DNA from: an uncultured Peptoniphilaceae bacterium | GTDB lineage: Bacteria; Bacillota; Clostridia; Tissierellales; Peptoniphilaceae | Direction: 5' to 3' | Assembly (NCBI GenBank): GCA_964344295.1 | Contig: CAYFMR010000003.1 | Location: 54,899-118,898, forward strand | Length of the DNA stretch: 64,000 nucleotides | Shown here: in pieces, positions 18,351-29,465 of the stretch | How positions within the stretch are numbered: position 1 is the stretch's first letter | How the letters are laid out: each line of letters starts with the position of its first letter | Translations under genes and position numbers: made by a program | The notes under the pieces: generated by a model | Told to the model about the DNA's origin: nothing | What the model saw: the letters and a program-made list of their open reading frames with translations, nothing else | The model's database searches: none

Positions 18351-19097
18351 TTAACCGACATGGAAGAGTATGACTTGAATCAGTGGCTGATGCACGAGGT
18401 AGATCACAAGACTGTGACTGCCCGCCCACAACAGAGGCCGGGCCGCTTCTAAGCCGGGGATGACGGGTAACTGGGCCAAAGGCCATTGGCGAGCACTGAA
18501 ATACCCGACGAGGTAGAGAAAAAACCAAGGCAACAGGGGAAAATAATCTGCAGAACGAAAACCATGAGGAGGTAAGCCCCAAAGTGCGGTGAAGTCACTG
18601 TGATAGAGGCCTTGAGGTAGAGGTAGCGAGAGGAAATGGAAACCGAGATAGCCTTCAGGGACGTGATATGTCCCGGCAAACAACAATCCACAGAGAAGTA
18701 GCCCGACGACAGGCGAGATTTTTTGCAACAAAGGCCTTAACCACGCCGTAAACAACGAGGCCAAACCCAAAAAGTGCAGGACTCCGAAATAAATGGGAAA
18801 ATCTGGAGTCACCAAGAGCGTGACGCCGGTGATGCCCAGAGCAATCAACAAGAGAGTCGCGCCTTTGTTCAAGGGATGGCGTCCCAAGGGAAAGCTGTAA
18901 CCCGCCAAGAGGATAAAACTCCAAGCGATGGACTGCTGCCAGATCAATCCCGGCATAGCTGTAAACCATGGCACGGTGAGTCCTCGCTGATACACAGCGG
19001 ACCACAGACCATGGTAGAGAACCATACTGATCAGAGCCAGACCTCTCAGGCCGTCAGCAGTGGGATGGCGTTGGGATAGACGTTTATTGACTTGCAT
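18351..19097 (-). CDS. DUF1624 (heparan-alpha-glucosaminide N-acetyltransferase-like) membrane acyltransferase
   Basis: N-terminus RLSQRHPTADGLRGLALISMVLYH is typical of the family. Polytopic. Start set to ATG 19097 after AAGGAG. Confidence 0.7.
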   Translation of the reverse strand: MQVNKRLSQRHPTADGLRGLALISMVLYHGLWSAVYQRGLTVPWFTAMPGLIWQQSIAWSFILLAGYSFPLGRHPLNKGATLLLIALGITGVTLLVTPDFPIYFGVLHFLGLASLFTAWLRPLLQKISPVVGLLLCGLLFAGTYHVPEGYLGFHFLSLPLPQGLYHSDFTALWGLPPHGFRSADYFPLLPWFFLYLVGYFSARQWPLAQLPVIPGLEAARPLLWAGSHSLVIYLVHQPLIQVILFHVG

Positions 19098-19273
19098 AGC
19101 AGACTCCTTTTCATGCATTATATCATAATAAAGCAATGTAAGAAAAAGAAAAGTTGACGGGGAAAGGATAAAATAGCAAGCGCTGCAAAGATGAAAACAT
19201 GAACCAATAGAAAAAAACACCAGGCCTTGTGGTTTCTTCAGCGTCGGCTGTTCTTTGTCAAAAACTTGTTTTG

Positions 19274-19301
19274 TTGCATTGTGCTATCCCTTTGCTATAA
19301 T
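19274..19301 (+). promoter_or_regulatory. sigma-A-type promoter of the gcv operon
   Basis: TTGCAT (19274-19279), 16-nt spacer, extended -10 TGcTATAAT (19293-19301). Confidence 0.55.
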
Positions 19302-19364
19302 AAAATTAGCAAGGAAAAGCTGTTGTGATGATCGTAGAATGTGAATCATAAGGAGGGATCGTCC

Positions 19365-20456
19365 TTGGAAGGAAGAAAAACACCATTGTATGACGAGCAC
19401 GTCGCCTTAGGCGGCAAGATCGTCGAGTATGCCGGTTGGCTTTTGCCAGTGCAGTATACCGGCTTGGAAAGGGAGCATCAGGCTGTGCGTGAAAAGGCCG
19501 GTCTCTTTGACGTCAGTCATATGGGAGAGGTCCTGATTGAGGGGCCGGATGCTACGGCATTTGTGGAGCGGTTGTTGACGAATAAGGTGACAAAAGCCGC
19601 CCCGGGCCGTATTGTTTACGGGTTGATGTTGGATGAAGACGGATATCCGGTGGATGATTTGCTGGTGTATAAGTATGGAGACGACAAGTATTGGTTGGTG
19701 GTAAACGCTGCTAATGCCGCCAAGGATGTGGATTGGATACGGGCCCAACAAGGAGAGGCGAAGGTGACTGTCACCGATCAGTCCGCGATGTTCGCGCAGT
19801 TGGCGGTTCAAGGACCGGAGGCTGAGGAACTTTTAGGGCCTTTATGCGATTTCACGCTGTCGGAGTTGCAGCCGTTTCACTTTTTAGACGAAGGGCAGAT
19901 TGCCGACCGGACGGTGATCATTTCCCGTACCGGTTACACCGGAGAGGACGGGTTTGAAATCTATTGCCGTCCGGAGGATGCGGTGGAGCTGTGGCGTGCC
20001 ATTTTGGAAGCGGGAGAAGGGGAGGTGATCCCGGCCGGGTTAGGCGCACGGGATACGCTGCGGTTCGAAGCGGGACTGCCTCTTTACGGTCACGAAATTT
20101 CTCCGGAGATCGACCCTTTGGAAGGGGGATTGGGTTTTTTCGTGAAGTTGGATAAGGAGCCGGCTTTTATCGGCCAAACGGCGCTGAAGGAAAGACCGTT
20201 AACGCGCGAACTCTTGGGCCTGGAGCTCTTGGGTCGCGGGATGTTGCGCGAAGGGTATGAGATCTTTTCGCAAGGAGAGCCCATTGGCGTGGTGACGACA
20301 GGGTATTTGGCTCCCACCGTGGGGAAAAACCTGGCCAATATTTTGGTTAGAAAGGGCACGGTAGCCGTGGGCGATGAAGTGGAAGTGCAAATTCGCAAAA
20401 GGCGTGTGCCGGCGAAGGTGATTAAACGTCAATTTTTAACAGGAGGAAAAGCATGA
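19365..20456 (+). CDS. gcvT: glycine cleavage system aminomethyltransferase (T protein)
   Basis: KTPLYDEH...DVSHMGE signature. TTG 19365 lies 8 nt after AGGAGG. The in-frame GTG 19341 sits upstream of the SD, so it is disfavoured. Confidence 0.9.
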   Translation: MEGRKTPLYDEHVALGGKIVEYAGWLLPVQYTGLEREHQAVREKAGLFDVSHMGEVLIEGPDATAFVERLLTNKVTKAAPGRIVYGLMLDEDGYPVDDLLVYKYGDDKYWLVVNAANAAKDVDWIRAQQGEAKVTVTDQSAMFAQLAVQGPEAEELLGPLCDFTLSELQPFHFLDEGQIADRTVIISRTGYTGEDGFEIYCRPEDAVELWRAILEAGEGEVIPAGLGARDTLRFEAGLPLYGHEISPEIDPLEGGLGFFVKLDKEPAFIGQTALKERPLTRELLGLELLGRGMLREGYEIFSQGEPIGVVTTGYLAPTVGKNLANILVRKGTVAVGDEVEVQIRKRRVPAKVIKRQFLTGGKA

Positions 20457-20842
20457 AAATCGAAAAAGACCTATACTATACCAAAGATCACGAGTGGTTA
20501 AAACTAGACGGAGAAGAGGCTTTGGTGGGACTGTCGGATCATGCCCAGGAAGCGCTGGGGGATATCGTGTATGTGGAATTGCCGGAAGTGGACGAAGAGT
20601 TCGGCGCAGAGGAAGAGTTTGGCGCCGTAGAGTCCGTGAAAGCGGCAGCGGATGTGTATATGCCCGTGGGCGGCGTGGTGTTGGAAGTCAACGAAGAGCT
20701 TTTGGATGCGCCGGAGATGGTGAATGAAACTCCTTATGAGGCGTGGATGATCCGCATTGCCATCAGCGATGAGGGCGAGTTGGAGAACTTGATGAATGCG
20801 GCGGAATACGAAACCTATTTGGAAAGTGAGGAGGAAGAGTAA
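20453..20842 (+). CDS. gcvH: glycine cleavage system H protein
   Basis: Lipoyl-lysine motif VESVKAAADVY. 129 aa. ATGA overlap with gcvT. Confidence 0.93.
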   Translation: MKIEKDLYYTKDHEWLKLDGEEALVGLSDHAQEALGDIVYVELPEVDEEFGAEEEFGAVESVKAAADVYMPVGGVVLEVNEELLDAPEMVNETPYEAWMIRIAISDEGELENLMNAAEYETYLESEEEE

Positions 20843-22188
20843 TGCATCCTTATATTCCTCATACGCCAGAGGATGTGAAGGCCATGCTCAGTGTCTTGGG
20901 CATGGAAGATGCAGCAGAGTTATTTTCCGATATTCCCGAGCATCTTCGTTTACAAGGGGATTTGGCGATGCCCCAGGGCTTGGCGGAACACGATGTGATG
21001 AAAAAACTACGCCAGTTGGCGGAGAAGAACCGCAGTGCCTACGATTACGTGAGTTTTCTCGGTGCCGGTTGCTATGACCACATGATTCCGGCGGTGATTG
21101 ACCATATCTTGTCTCGCAGTGAGTACTATACGTCTTACACGCCTTACCAAGCGGAGATTTCCCAAGGGACCTTGCATTATATCTTTGAATTTCAGACGAT
21201 GATTGCCAACCTGACGGGCATGGATGTGGCCAACGCTTCCGTGTATGATGGCGGCACCGGGGCAGCGGAAGCGCTGTTGATGGTGACGGGCGCAAATCGT
21301 CGCAAGAAGGTGTTGGTTTCTGAGGCCATTGCACCACAGACGAAGGCGATTTTAAATACGTATTTGCCGCTTCACGGCGTAGAGATGGTGTGGATTCCCG
21401 CTATGGACGGCCAGACGGATTTGCAGGCTCTCAAGGCGGAGATGGCTGCGGATGTGAGCGCCGTCTTTATGCAAAACCCCAACTTCTACGGCATTTTAGA
21501 GGAAGTGGAGGAAGCGGCTGCCATAACTCATGAGGTGAAGAAGACGGCAATGGTACTGTCGGTGGACCCCATTTCTCTGGGCGTTTTGAAGCGACCGGGT
21601 GATCAAGGGGTGGATGTGGTGATTGGCGAAGGCCAAGGCTTGGGGATTCCCCAGGCGTATGGCGGACCGTTCTTGGGCATCATGGCTTGTAAAAAAGAGT
21701 ACATGCGCAAGTTGCCCGGCCGCATTGTCGGTGAGACGGTGGATTTGGATGGCAAGCGTTCCTATGTGCTCACGCTGACGGCCAGGGAACAGCACATTCG
21801 CCGCGAAAAAGCCACCAGTAACATTTGTTCCAATCAAGGGCTTAATGTGTTGACGGCTACGATTTACCTAGCTTTGTTAGGGCCGGAAGGCTTAAGGGAA
21901 GTGGCAAGCCAGTCCATGCAAAAGGCGCACTATGCCTGTAGGCGCATGGTGGAAACAGGCAAGGTGAAGTTGAAGTTCAACAAGCCATTTTTCAAAGAGT
22001 TTTTAGTGGAGCACACAGAAGACGTGCATCACTGGGAAGAACGGGCGACCGAGGCCGGTTATCTGGCCGGTGTGCCCATGAGCTATTTTGACGAAAACTT
22101 GAAGGACACGGTACTTTACGCCGTGACGGAAAAGAGGACGAAGGCGGATATTGACGGCTTAGTGGCTCTTTTGGAGGTGCAGGTATGA
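20842..22188 (+). CDS. gcvPA: glycine dehydrogenase (decarboxylating) subunit 1
   Basis: [11 protein letters not shown] motif. 448 aa. Confidence 0.93.
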   Translation: MHPYIPHTPEDVKAMLSVLGMEDAAELFSDIPEHLRLQGDLAMPQGLAEHDVMKKLRQLAEKNRSAYDYVSFLGAGCYDHMIPAVIDHILSRSEYYTSYTPYQAEISQGTLHYIFEFQTMIANLTGMDVANASVYDGGTGAAEALLMVTGANRRKKVLVSEAIAPQTKAILNTYLPLHGVEMVWIPAMDGQTDLQALKAEMAADVSAVFMQNPNFYGILEEVEEAAAITHEVKKTAMVLSVDPISLGVLKRPGDQGVDVVIGEGQGLGIPQAYGGPFLGIMACKKEYMRKLPGRIVGETVDLDGKRSYVLTLTAREQHIRREKATSNICSNQGLNVLTATIYLALLGPEGLREVASQSMQKAHYACRRMVETGKVKLKFNKPFFKEFLVEHTEDVHHWEERATEAGYLAGVPMSYFDENLKDTVLYAVTEKRTKADIDGLVALLEVQV

Positions 22189-23663
22189 AACCTTGGCAAA
22201 CGTTAATCTTTGAATTGGATGTGCCGGGACGCCGGGGCTATTGTTTACCGGAGTTGGACATCGAAGAGTCGCCTTTGGAGGACCTGGTGGATGCCAAGTA
22301 CCTGGCAACGACCCTGCCGAAGTTGCCCAGTGTGTACGAGGTGGATGTGGTACGCCATTATACCGAGTTGTCTACGCTAAACTATGGTGTGGATACGGGT
22401 TTTTATCCGTTGGGTTCCTGTACGATGAAATACAATCCGAAAGTCAATGAATGGGCGGCGCGCCTACCAGGCTTTGCCGAGTTGCACCCCCACCAACCCT
22501 ACAGCACGACCCAGGGGATCATGGAGCTCTTGGCGGATTTGGAAGCCAAACTCTGTGCCATCTCGGGGATGGACCGCTTTACCATGCAGCCGGCAGCAGG
22601 GGCTCACGGCGAGCTCACCGGGATTATGATGGTACGTAAATACCACGAAGTACATGGCGAGGGACACCGCAATAAGATTATTGTGCCGGACTCCGCCCAC
22701 GGGACCAATCCGGCGACAGCGGCCATGGCAGGCTACGAGATTGTCGAGGTCAAATCAACGGAACAGGGCCTGGTCGATGTGGCGGCTTTAAAGGAAGTGG
22801 CCGATGAGAACTTGGCCGGTCTTATGCTCACGAACCCGAACACCTTGGGCCTATTTGAAAAGGACATCCAAGCCATTGCGGCCATCGTGCACGAAGCCGG
22901 CGGTCTCTTATACTATGATGGGGCCAATGCTAACGCCATCTTGGGCCATGCCAGACCGGGGGATATGGGCTTTGATATCGTGCACTTCAACGTGCACAAG
23001 ACATTCTCCACCCCCCACGGCGGAGGCGGCCCGGGAGCCGGTCCTGTAGGCGTGGTCAAAGCTTTGGCCGATTACTTACCGGCCCCCTTATTGGATCAGA
23101 AAGAGCGAGATGGCAAGCCGTACTATTACTGGAATTACGATGTACCCCGTACCATCGGCCGTGTAAAGGATTTTTACGGCCATATCGGCGTACTCGTTCG
23201 TGCGTACACTTACTTGCTTTCTATGGGCAGTGACGGCTTAAAGGACGTGGCGGAAAAGGCGGTCTTAAACGCCAACTATGTACAGGAACGGTTGAAAGGG
23301 GCTTACAATGTGCCTCATGATACGCTGTGCAAACACGAGTGTGTGATTGGCGGCTTGAAAGAGCCCAACGGTACGCATACGCTGGATGTGGCCAAACGAC
23401 TTTTAGACTACGGTTTTCACCCGCCGACGGTGTATTTCCCGCTGATTGTGCCGGAAGCGATGATGATCGAGCCCACGGAAACAGAGTCTAAAGAGCGGCT
23501 AGATGAATTTGTAGATACGATGTTGACCATTGCTCAAGAGGCGAAGGAGGATCCGGAGATCCTCTTGGAAGCGCCGCATCATAAACCGGTCAGACGACCG
23601 GATGAGACGTTGGCCGCAAGAAAGCCTAAGCTGGTGTATGGCGGTGAGGAGGAAAATCTATGA
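22185..23663 (+). CDS. gcvPB: glycine dehydrogenase (decarboxylating) subunit 2
   Basis: PLP-lysine region [16 protein letters not shown]. 492 aa. Confidence 0.93.
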   Translation: MKPWQTLIFELDVPGRRGYCLPELDIEESPLEDLVDAKYLATTLPKLPSVYEVDVVRHYTELSTLNYGVDTGFYPLGSCTMKYNPKVNEWAARLPGFAELHPHQPYSTTQGIMELLADLEAKLCAISGMDRFTMQPAAGAHGELTGIMMVRKYHEVHGEGHRNKIIVPDSAHGTNPATAAMAGYEIVEVKSTEQGLVDVAALKEVADENLAGLMLTNPNTLGLFEKDIQAIAAIVHEAGGLLYYDGANANAILGHARPGDMGFDIVHFNVHKTFSTPHGGGGPGAGPVGVVKALADYLPAPLLDQKERDGKPYYYWNYDVPRTIGRVKDFYGHIGVLVRAYTYLLSMGSDGLKDVAEKAVLNANYVQERLKGAYNVPHDTLCKHECVIGGLKEPNGTHTLDVAKRLLDYGFHPPTVYFPLIVPEAMMIEPTETESKERLDEFVDTMLTIAQEAKEDPEILLEAPHHKPVRRPDETLAARKPKLVYGGEEENL

Positions 23664-25054
23664 CCAAAGTGGCCATCATCGGCGGTGGTCCGGCAGGTTA
23701 TGTTGCGGCCATTCGCGGAGCCCAACTGGGACTAGAGATTGTGTTGGTAGAAAAGGACCGCTTGGGAGGCACTTGCCTAAACCGCGGCTGCATTCCCACT
23801 AAGACGTATTTTGCCACGGCCAAGCTGATGGATGAAATGAGGCGGGCAGAGGAGTTTGCCGTCGTGGATGTCCAAGGCCACGTAGACGGCCCAGCTCTCT
23901 TGGCGCGCAAGGAACAAGTGGTGGATACATTGGTGAGGGGCATTGAGAGCATTGTCAAGAACTATCCCGCTATCACCTACATGGAAGGGGAAGCCACCAT
24001 CACAGACCCTCATACCATGACGGTAGCTGGAGAAGCGATAGAGGTGGATGCCATTGTCATTGCCACCGGCTCCAAGCCTCAAATGACTGAGACGACAGGC
24101 GTGGATTTACCAGGCGTGTTGACCAGCGACGAGTTGTTGGCCATGGACGAGGTACCGGAGAGTTTGATCGTCGTCGGTGCCGGGGTCATTGGGCTGGAGT
24201 TTGCCAGTATTTACCAAGGACTGGGCACGCAGGTGACGATGTTGGCCTCTCGCGTGTTAAAAAACGGAGACAAGGAAATCGGTCGTCGGTTGGTGCCTTT
24301 GATGAAGGCGCAAGGCATGACCTTTTATCAAAATATCCGCGCTCAAGAGATTCGGCCGGTGGACGGCGGCTTGGAAGTGTTGGCTAAGTATAAAGATAAA
24401 GATGGAACCGAAACAGTGCGAGCTCAGTATGTGCTCATTGCCAGTGGTCGTGGTCCGGTCTTGGAAGGGCTGAACCTGGATGAAGTCGGCGTGGCCTATA
24501 ACGATCATGGCATTGTGGTGGACGAGGGCTTTGCCACCAATGTGCCGGGGATCTACGCGATCGGCGACGTAAACGGCAGCGTGCAGTTAGCACATGTGGC
24601 CAGCGCCCAAGGGGTGGCGCTGATGGAGGATTTGGCAGGCGTACCCCGCACGGAAGTGGTGGATGTCTATCCCAGCTGTACGTTCACCTTGACGGAAGTA
24701 GCTCAAGTGGGAGCCACGGAAGAAGAGTTAAAAGAGCGGGGAGTGGACTACACGGTGTCCAAATTTAACTTTGCCGCCAATGGTAAGGCGTTGGCCATGA
24801 ACGAGGGTCAGGGGCTCGTGAAGTTCTTGGTGGACCGGGACAGGAAACTTTTGGGTGCCCATATCTTGGGACCCCATGCCAGCGATCTGATTCACGAGGC
24901 GGCGTTGGTGATGGCCAATGGCGGTGACGTGGAGACGATGACCAAGACAATCCATGCACATCCCACCTTAGGAGAGACGTTGCACGAAGCGTCCTTGGGT
25001 GTGTTTGGTCATGCCATTCATCAGGCGACCAAGCAAAAGAGAAAACGCACCTAA
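23660..25054 (+). CDS. lpdA: dihydrolipoyl dehydrogenase (L protein)
   Basis: GGGPAGY FAD motif, redox-active [14 protein letters not shown]-terminal HAHPT. Confidence 0.9.
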   Translation: MTKVAIIGGGPAGYVAAIRGAQLGLEIVLVEKDRLGGTCLNRGCIPTKTYFATAKLMDEMRRAEEFAVVDVQGHVDGPALLARKEQVVDTLVRGIESIVKNYPAITYMEGEATITDPHTMTVAGEAIEVDAIVIATGSKPQMTETTGVDLPGVLTSDELLAMDEVPESLIVVGAGVIGLEFASIYQGLGTQVTMLASRVLKNGDKEIGRRLVPLMKAQGMTFYQNIRAQEIRPVDGGLEVLAKYKDKDGTETVRAQYVLIASGRGPVLEGLNLDEVGVAYNDHGIVVDEGFATNVPGIYAIGDVNGSVQLAHVASAQGVALMEDLAGVPRTEVVDVYPSCTFTLTEVAQVGATEEELKERGVDYTVSKFNFAANGKALAMNEGQGLVKFLVDRDRKLLGAHILGPHASDLIHEAALVMANGGDVETMTKTIHAHPTLGETLHEASLGVFGHAIHQATKQKRKRT

Positions 25055-25069
25055 ACTGATGAGAGCATA

Positions 25070-25113
25070 AAAAAAGATCCGACACGAGGAGACTTGGAGA
25101 GTCCGTCGTTCGG
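25070..25113. terminator. terminator between lpdA and thiW (convergent)
   Basis: AGATCCG (25075-25081) pairs with CGGATCT (25101-25107). Flanked by an A-run and a T6 run. Confidence 0.7.
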
Positions 25114-25137
25114 ATCTTTTTTACGTATGCAAGGGCT

Positions 25138-25644
25138 TTAGCGGAAGTGACTTTGCCATTTTTCCAAAGGCATGGTGTGGTTCAAGGCTTTCAATAAGAG
25201 GCCGCCGAGTATGGCTCCACCAGTGGTGCTGATGAAAAAGGGCACCAGGAAGGCATAGAAGACCACATTTTTTTGCATCACTAAAAGGGCGATGGGGTAG
25301 GCCAAGAAGGAGCCGAGGACACCTGTTCCCAAGATTTCACCGATCATGGCGGCCCAGATGTGTTTCCACTTGGTAAAGAAGAGACCGGCCAGTAAGGCGC
25401 CGCACATACTGCCGGGATAGGCGAGAAGTGTGCCGGAACCGATCATAATGCGGATGGTGGAAGTGACAAAGGCGCAAGCCACTGCCCACGCGGGACCCAA
25501 GAGCACGGAAGCAATGACATTGATCAGATGCTGCACGGGAAAGCATTTGGAAGCTCCAATGGGGATGTAGAGAAAGGATAAGATGACGCCCAGGGCACAG
25601 AGAATGCCGCCTAGGGCCAGTTTTTTTGTGACAGATGATTGCAT
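25138..25644 (-). CDS. thiW: ECF-transporter S component, ThiW-like
   Basis: 168 aa, about 5 TM. KCFPVQHLINVIASVLLGP and AYPGSMCGALLAG blocks resemble ThiW. Start set to ATG 25644. Confidence 0.65.
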   Translation of the reverse strand: MQSSVTKKLALGGILCALGVILSFLYIPIGASKCFPVQHLINVIASVLLGPAWAVACAFVTSTIRIMIGSGTLLAYPGSMCGALLAGLFFTKWKHIWAAMIGEILGTGVLGSFLAYPIALLVMQKNVVFYAFLVPFFISTTGGAILGGLLLKALNHTMPLEKWQSHFR

Positions 25645-25684
25645 AGTAGCATGTCTCCTTATGGTCATAGATGGTTACGTGTTG

Positions 25685-25713
25685 ATTATAGCATTGAAGA
25701 AAAAAGAAGACAA
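25685..25713 (-). promoter_or_regulatory. sigma-A-type promoter of thiW
   Basis: On the minus strand: TTGTCT (25713-25708), 17-nt spacer, TGcTATAAT with -10 at 25690-25685. Confidence 0.5.
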
Positions 25714-25734
25714 TAAAGGCGAGGGCAGTTCTGT

Positions 25735-25763
25735 TTGTCGCCGAGTCAACCTTGGGGTACAAT
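25735..25763 (+). promoter_or_regulatory. candidate promoter of cca-glmM-degV-degV-mnmA
   Basis: TTGTCG (25735-25740), 17-nt spacer, TACAAT (25758-25763). Confidence 0.45.
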
Positions 25764-25786
25764 GGGAAAAAGGGGGTGAGGATGTG

Positions 25787-27166
25787 ATGGCAGAGGGAAA
25801 GGATATGTGGCGAGAGTGGCCCAAAGAGGTTAGGCCGGTGGGTGAGGCTTTGGAGGCTCGAGGTTATCGTGCTTATGTGGTAGGTGGTGCCGTGCGGGAT
25901 CGCCTGGGGGAAAGAGTGCCCACGGATTGGGATATGACCACGGATGCCACGCCGGAAGAGATGGGCGAGGTATTTGCATTATTTTCCACGACCTGGGAAG
26001 GGGCCAAATTCGGTACGGTGGGGGTGCTGGTCAACGGAGTGCAGGTGGAGGTGACCACCATGCGTCAAGACGGAGTCTACACGGACAGTCGCCATCCGGA
26101 CCAGGTGCATTATACCACCTCGCTACACGAGGATCTGGCTCGCCGGGATTTTACCATCAATGCCATGGCCTGGTCTCCACGAGAGGGCCTGGTGGATCCT
26201 TTCGGAGGTCGCGCAGACTATCAAGCCCGGATGATCAGGGCGGTGGGTGAACCGCAACGACGTATGCAGGAAGACGCTCTACGCCTGCTGCGCGCCATTC
26301 GCTTTGCCGGCCAGCTGGGGTTTCAGGTGGAGGCAGAGACAAAAAAGGCTTTACAGGCGGAGGCTCCTCGGATTCAAACGACTGCTAAGGAGCGGGTGGG
26401 GCAGGAGATGGTGAGGATCATGACCCAAGAAGATCCTACCGGAGCCTTGAAAGCGATGGAGCAGTGGGGACTTTTGCGAGAACTCTTTCCTGCACTTCAA
26501 GCCATGGTGGGCTTTCCACAAAAGAGCCCATACCATCAATGGACCCTGTGGGAGCATACGCTGCTCGTGGTACAAGAGGTGGCTCGGGTGTCGACTCAGT
26601 TAGCTCTGCGTTTTGCGGCGCTTTTTCACGATGTGGGCAAACCGGCTACCCAGGTCATCGATGAGGACGGAATAGCTCATTACCACGGCCACGATGCTTT
26701 AGGAGCCCAGATGGCCTATGACACCATCCTCCAGTTGGGGTTGGGCAAGTCCTTAGCGAAGGAAACGGCCGGCTATATTGCGGAGCATATGCGAGCGCAT
26801 GTGCCCATGGGATCGAAAGGGCTGGGGCGATTGATTCATCGCGTGGGGGCAGAGGCCGTTTTGGAACTGGTCACGTTGTGGCGCGCTGATCGCCTAGCTA
26901 CACAAGACGGACGCGGGTTAGAAGACATTGAGGCAAAGGAAAGGGCCCTGCAGGATTACTTAGACCGGTCTGTGCCCACCCACACGCGTGCCTTGGCGAT
27001 TAACGGTGACGATCTATTGCACATTGGGTATAGACAAGGTAAAATAATAGGAGAAACCTTGCAGTTGCTATTAGAGCGTGTATGGGAAGATCCAGGGTTT
27101 AACGAAAAAGAGAAATTATTGGCATGGGCGAAAGAACGCCTAGACGCCGAGAACGGAGAGGTATAA
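25787..27166 (+). CDS. cca: CCA-adding tRNA nucleotidyltransferase with HD domain
   Basis: YVVGGAVRD...PTDWD nucleotidyltransferase motif, RRDFTINAM, later HDVGKP. Start at ATG 25787 (or GTG 25784) after GGGGGTGAGG. Confidence 0.85.
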   Translation: MAEGKDMWREWPKEVRPVGEALEARGYRAYVVGGAVRDRLGERVPTDWDMTTDATPEEMGEVFALFSTTWEGAKFGTVGVLVNGVQVEVTTMRQDGVYTDSRHPDQVHYTTSLHEDLARRDFTINAMAWSPREGLVDPFGGRADYQARMIRAVGEPQRRMQEDALRLLRAIRFAGQLGFQVEAETKKALQAEAPRIQTTAKERVGQEMVRIMTQEDPTGALKAMEQWGLLRELFPALQAMVGFPQKSPYHQWTLWEHTLLVVQEVARVSTQLALRFAALFHDVGKPATQVIDEDGIAHYHGHDALGAQMAYDTILQLGLGKSLAKETAGYIAEHMRAHVPMGSKGLGRLIHRVGAEAVLELVTLWRADRLATQDGRGLEDIEAKERALQDYLDRSVPTHTRALAINGDDLLHIGYRQGKIIGETLQLLLERVWEDPGFNEKEKLLAWAKERLDAENGEV

Positions 27167-28509
27167 TGGGAAGACTTTTTGGAACAGACGGGGTTCGCGG
27201 CATTGCGAACCGGGAACTATCGGCTACTTTGGCGTATCAACTGGGGCGAGCCGCAGCGAAAGTGTTGGGCGGTGGCAAACGAGGTCTGATTTTGGTCGGC
27301 CGGGACACGAGACGCTCCGGCAGCATGTTAGAAGCAGCATTGCAGGCGGGAATTTGTTCCATGGGTCTAGACGTAGGCGCTTTGGGCATTGTTCCCACGC
27401 CGGCGGTGTCTTATCTGACGCGTCGCTACGAAGCCCTTTGTGGCATAGTCATCAGCGCCTCCCATAATCCTGGGGAGTATAACGGCATTAAGTTTTTTAA
27501 CAGTGAGGGTTTTAAGCTCCGCGATGAGTTGGAAGATGAAATCGAAAGCGTTTTAAAAGAAAGCTTTTACTGGGAAGGGCCGACCGGGGAAGACGTAGGC
27601 CTGGTTTACGATTACAGCCATGGGATTGCCGATTATGAAGACTATTTGACAGAGGCTATGCCCGTGGATCTCACCGGTGTGAAAGTTGCCTTGGACACGG
27701 GGCATGGAGCCCTGTTTGGCATTGCTCCTCGCGTGTTTAAAAGACTGGGCGCACAGGTGATTTTGGCCAATGCGGAACCGGATGGCATGAACATTAACCG
27801 CCATTGTGGATCTACCAACCCCCATATGATCCAACAGATGGTGCTGGAATCCGGGGCCGATGTAGGATTTAGCTTTGATGGTGATGGAGACCGGGTCATC
27901 GCCGTGGATGAGCGAGGCAAGATCATTGACGGAGACCATATTTTGGCCATTTGCGCCAAATGGCTTAAGGCCCATGATCGCTTACCGGGCGATCAGGTCG
28001 TAGGCACGGTGATGAGCAATTTGGGCTTAAAGAAATTCTTGGAAAGCCAAGGAATGAGGCTACACATGGCTCCGGTGGGAGACCGCTATGTCTTGGAATG
28101 GATGCAGGAAAAAGGCGCGGTGCTCGGGGGCGAACAAAGCGGCCACATTATCTTTTTAGACTACAACACCACGGGGGATGGTTTGGCGACGGGGCTGCAT
28201 CTTTTGGAAATCGCCATGGATATGGGACAACCCCTGTCGGAGCTAAATGATTTAATGACGAATTATCCCCAAATTCTGGTCAATGCCAAAGTCCCTAATG
28301 ACAAAAAAAACAGCTATGCAGAAAATCAGGTCATCGCTGCGGCTATTAAAGACTTGGAAGAGACTTTTCGTGATGAGGGACGCGTGGTCATTCGCCCTTC
28401 AGGCACAGAACCTTTGGTGCGTGTCATGATTGAGGGTAAAGACCAAGAATGGATTCAAGAAAAGGCCATGGCACTGGCCAAGCTGATTGAGGAGAATCTT
28501 TATGATTGA
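27166..28509 (+). CDS. glmM: phosphoglucosamine mutase
   Basis: MGRLFGTDGVRG N-terminus, active-site ISASHNP, FDGDGDR Mg site. The ATG overlaps the cca stop (TAATG). Confidence 0.95.
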   Translation: MGRLFGTDGVRGIANRELSATLAYQLGRAAAKVLGGGKRGLILVGRDTRRSGSMLEAALQAGICSMGLDVGALGIVPTPAVSYLTRRYEALCGIVISASHNPGEYNGIKFFNSEGFKLRDELEDEIESVLKESFYWEGPTGEDVGLVYDYSHGIADYEDYLTEAMPVDLTGVKVALDTGHGALFGIAPRVFKRLGAQVILANAEPDGMNINRHCGSTNPHMIQQMVLESGADVGFSFDGDGDRVIAVDERGKIIDGDHILAICAKWLKAHDRLPGDQVVGTVMSNLGLKKFLESQGMRLHMAPVGDRYVLEWMQEKGAVLGGEQSGHIIFLDYNTTGDGLATGLHLLEIAMDMGQPLSELNDLMTNYPQILVNAKVPNDKKNSYAENQVIAAAIKDLEETFRDEGRVVIRPSGTEPLVRVMIEGKDQEWIQEKAMALAKLIEENLYD

Positions 28510-29368
28510 TACCAATAAACATATTGCGATTATTTCGGATTCGGCAGCGGATATTTCCCGCCAAGAGGAAAAGGAATGGGGCATTACCATGGTCCCGTTT
28601 TACATTGACATGGGCCACCATTCCTTTGTCGATGATGAAAATCTAGATGTAGAGGCGCTTTTAAAGGCCATGGACGAAACTGCGAACTTAAGCCCTGTTA
28701 AGACGGCTTGCCCCTCTCCCGGAGCCTATTTAGAAGCGATGAAACAGGCCGAGGCGGATCATATTTTTATTTTGACCATTTCTCGAAAACTCTCAGCTTC
28801 CTGGGAGAGCGCCATGGCCGCCAAACGTGGATTTTTGGAAAGCTTCCCCCAAAAAAAGGTGGAGGTCATCGATTCCATGAGTGCTGCGGCCGGCAGCGGC
28901 TTGGTATTACAAACGTTGGCCGAGTATGTGCGCGAGGGCCTGGACTTTGACGTCGTGACCGAGAAAATTCGCAAGTTTGCGGAAGGGATGAGAACCTTTT
29001 TCGTCTTGGATTCTTTGGAAAACCTGATTAAAAACGGTCGGCTTCCCTTGTTAAAAGGGGCCCTTGCCAAAATGTTGGGGATTAAAGTTATTTTAGGCTC
29101 CAATGGACAAGGGGAGATTGAGGCCTTTGAAAAGCACAGGGGTCTAAAGAAGACGTTGCAGCGCATGGCGGAAACGGTAGTCTCTTTGGCGGAAAAGCCG
29201 GAGGACCAGACACTCTATATCACTTATGCAGGAGATCCGGCTAATGCATTACAGCTAAAAAAACTGGTGCAAGAACGTATGACTTGGAAAGAGATTGTGA
29301 TGCACCACTCCCGTGGCCTGTCGACATCCTATACGCAACGTAACGGGGTCGTGGTGGCATTTCGATAG
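28502..29368 (+). CDS. DegV-family fatty-acid-binding protein, copy 1
   Basis: IAIISDSAADIS N-terminus and DegV core. ATG 28502 lies 7 nt after GAGGAG and overlaps the glmM stop. Confidence 0.85.
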   Translation: MIDTNKHIAIISDSAADISRQEEKEWGITMVPFYIDMGHHSFVDDENLDVEALLKAMDETANLSPVKTACPSPGAYLEAMKQAEADHIFILTISRKLSASWESAMAAKRGFLESFPQKKVEVIDSMSAAAGSGLVLQTLAEYVREGLDFDVVTEKIRKFAEGMRTFFVLDSLENLIKNGRLPLLKGALAKMLGIKVILGSNGQGEIEAFEKHRGLKKTLQRMAETVVSLAEKPEDQTLYITYAGDPANALQLKKLVQERMTWKEIVMHHSRGLSTSYTQRNGVVVAFR

Positions 29369-29465
29369 CAAGAAGGTAGATTGAGACGGTCTGGGCACCA
29401 TTGAAAGTGATGAAAAGTGATGATAAGAAGATAAGTTGGGATGGGGACAAGCGAGGAGAATGTTT

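Noticed and set aside
20594-20626. Internal near-repeat GAAGAGTTCGGCGCA / GAAGAGTTTGGCGCC (EEFGA-E-EEFGA) in gcvH
   Set aside because: The distance between the LPEV and ESVK motifs equals that in other H proteins, so there is no insertion. It is just a local sequence echo.
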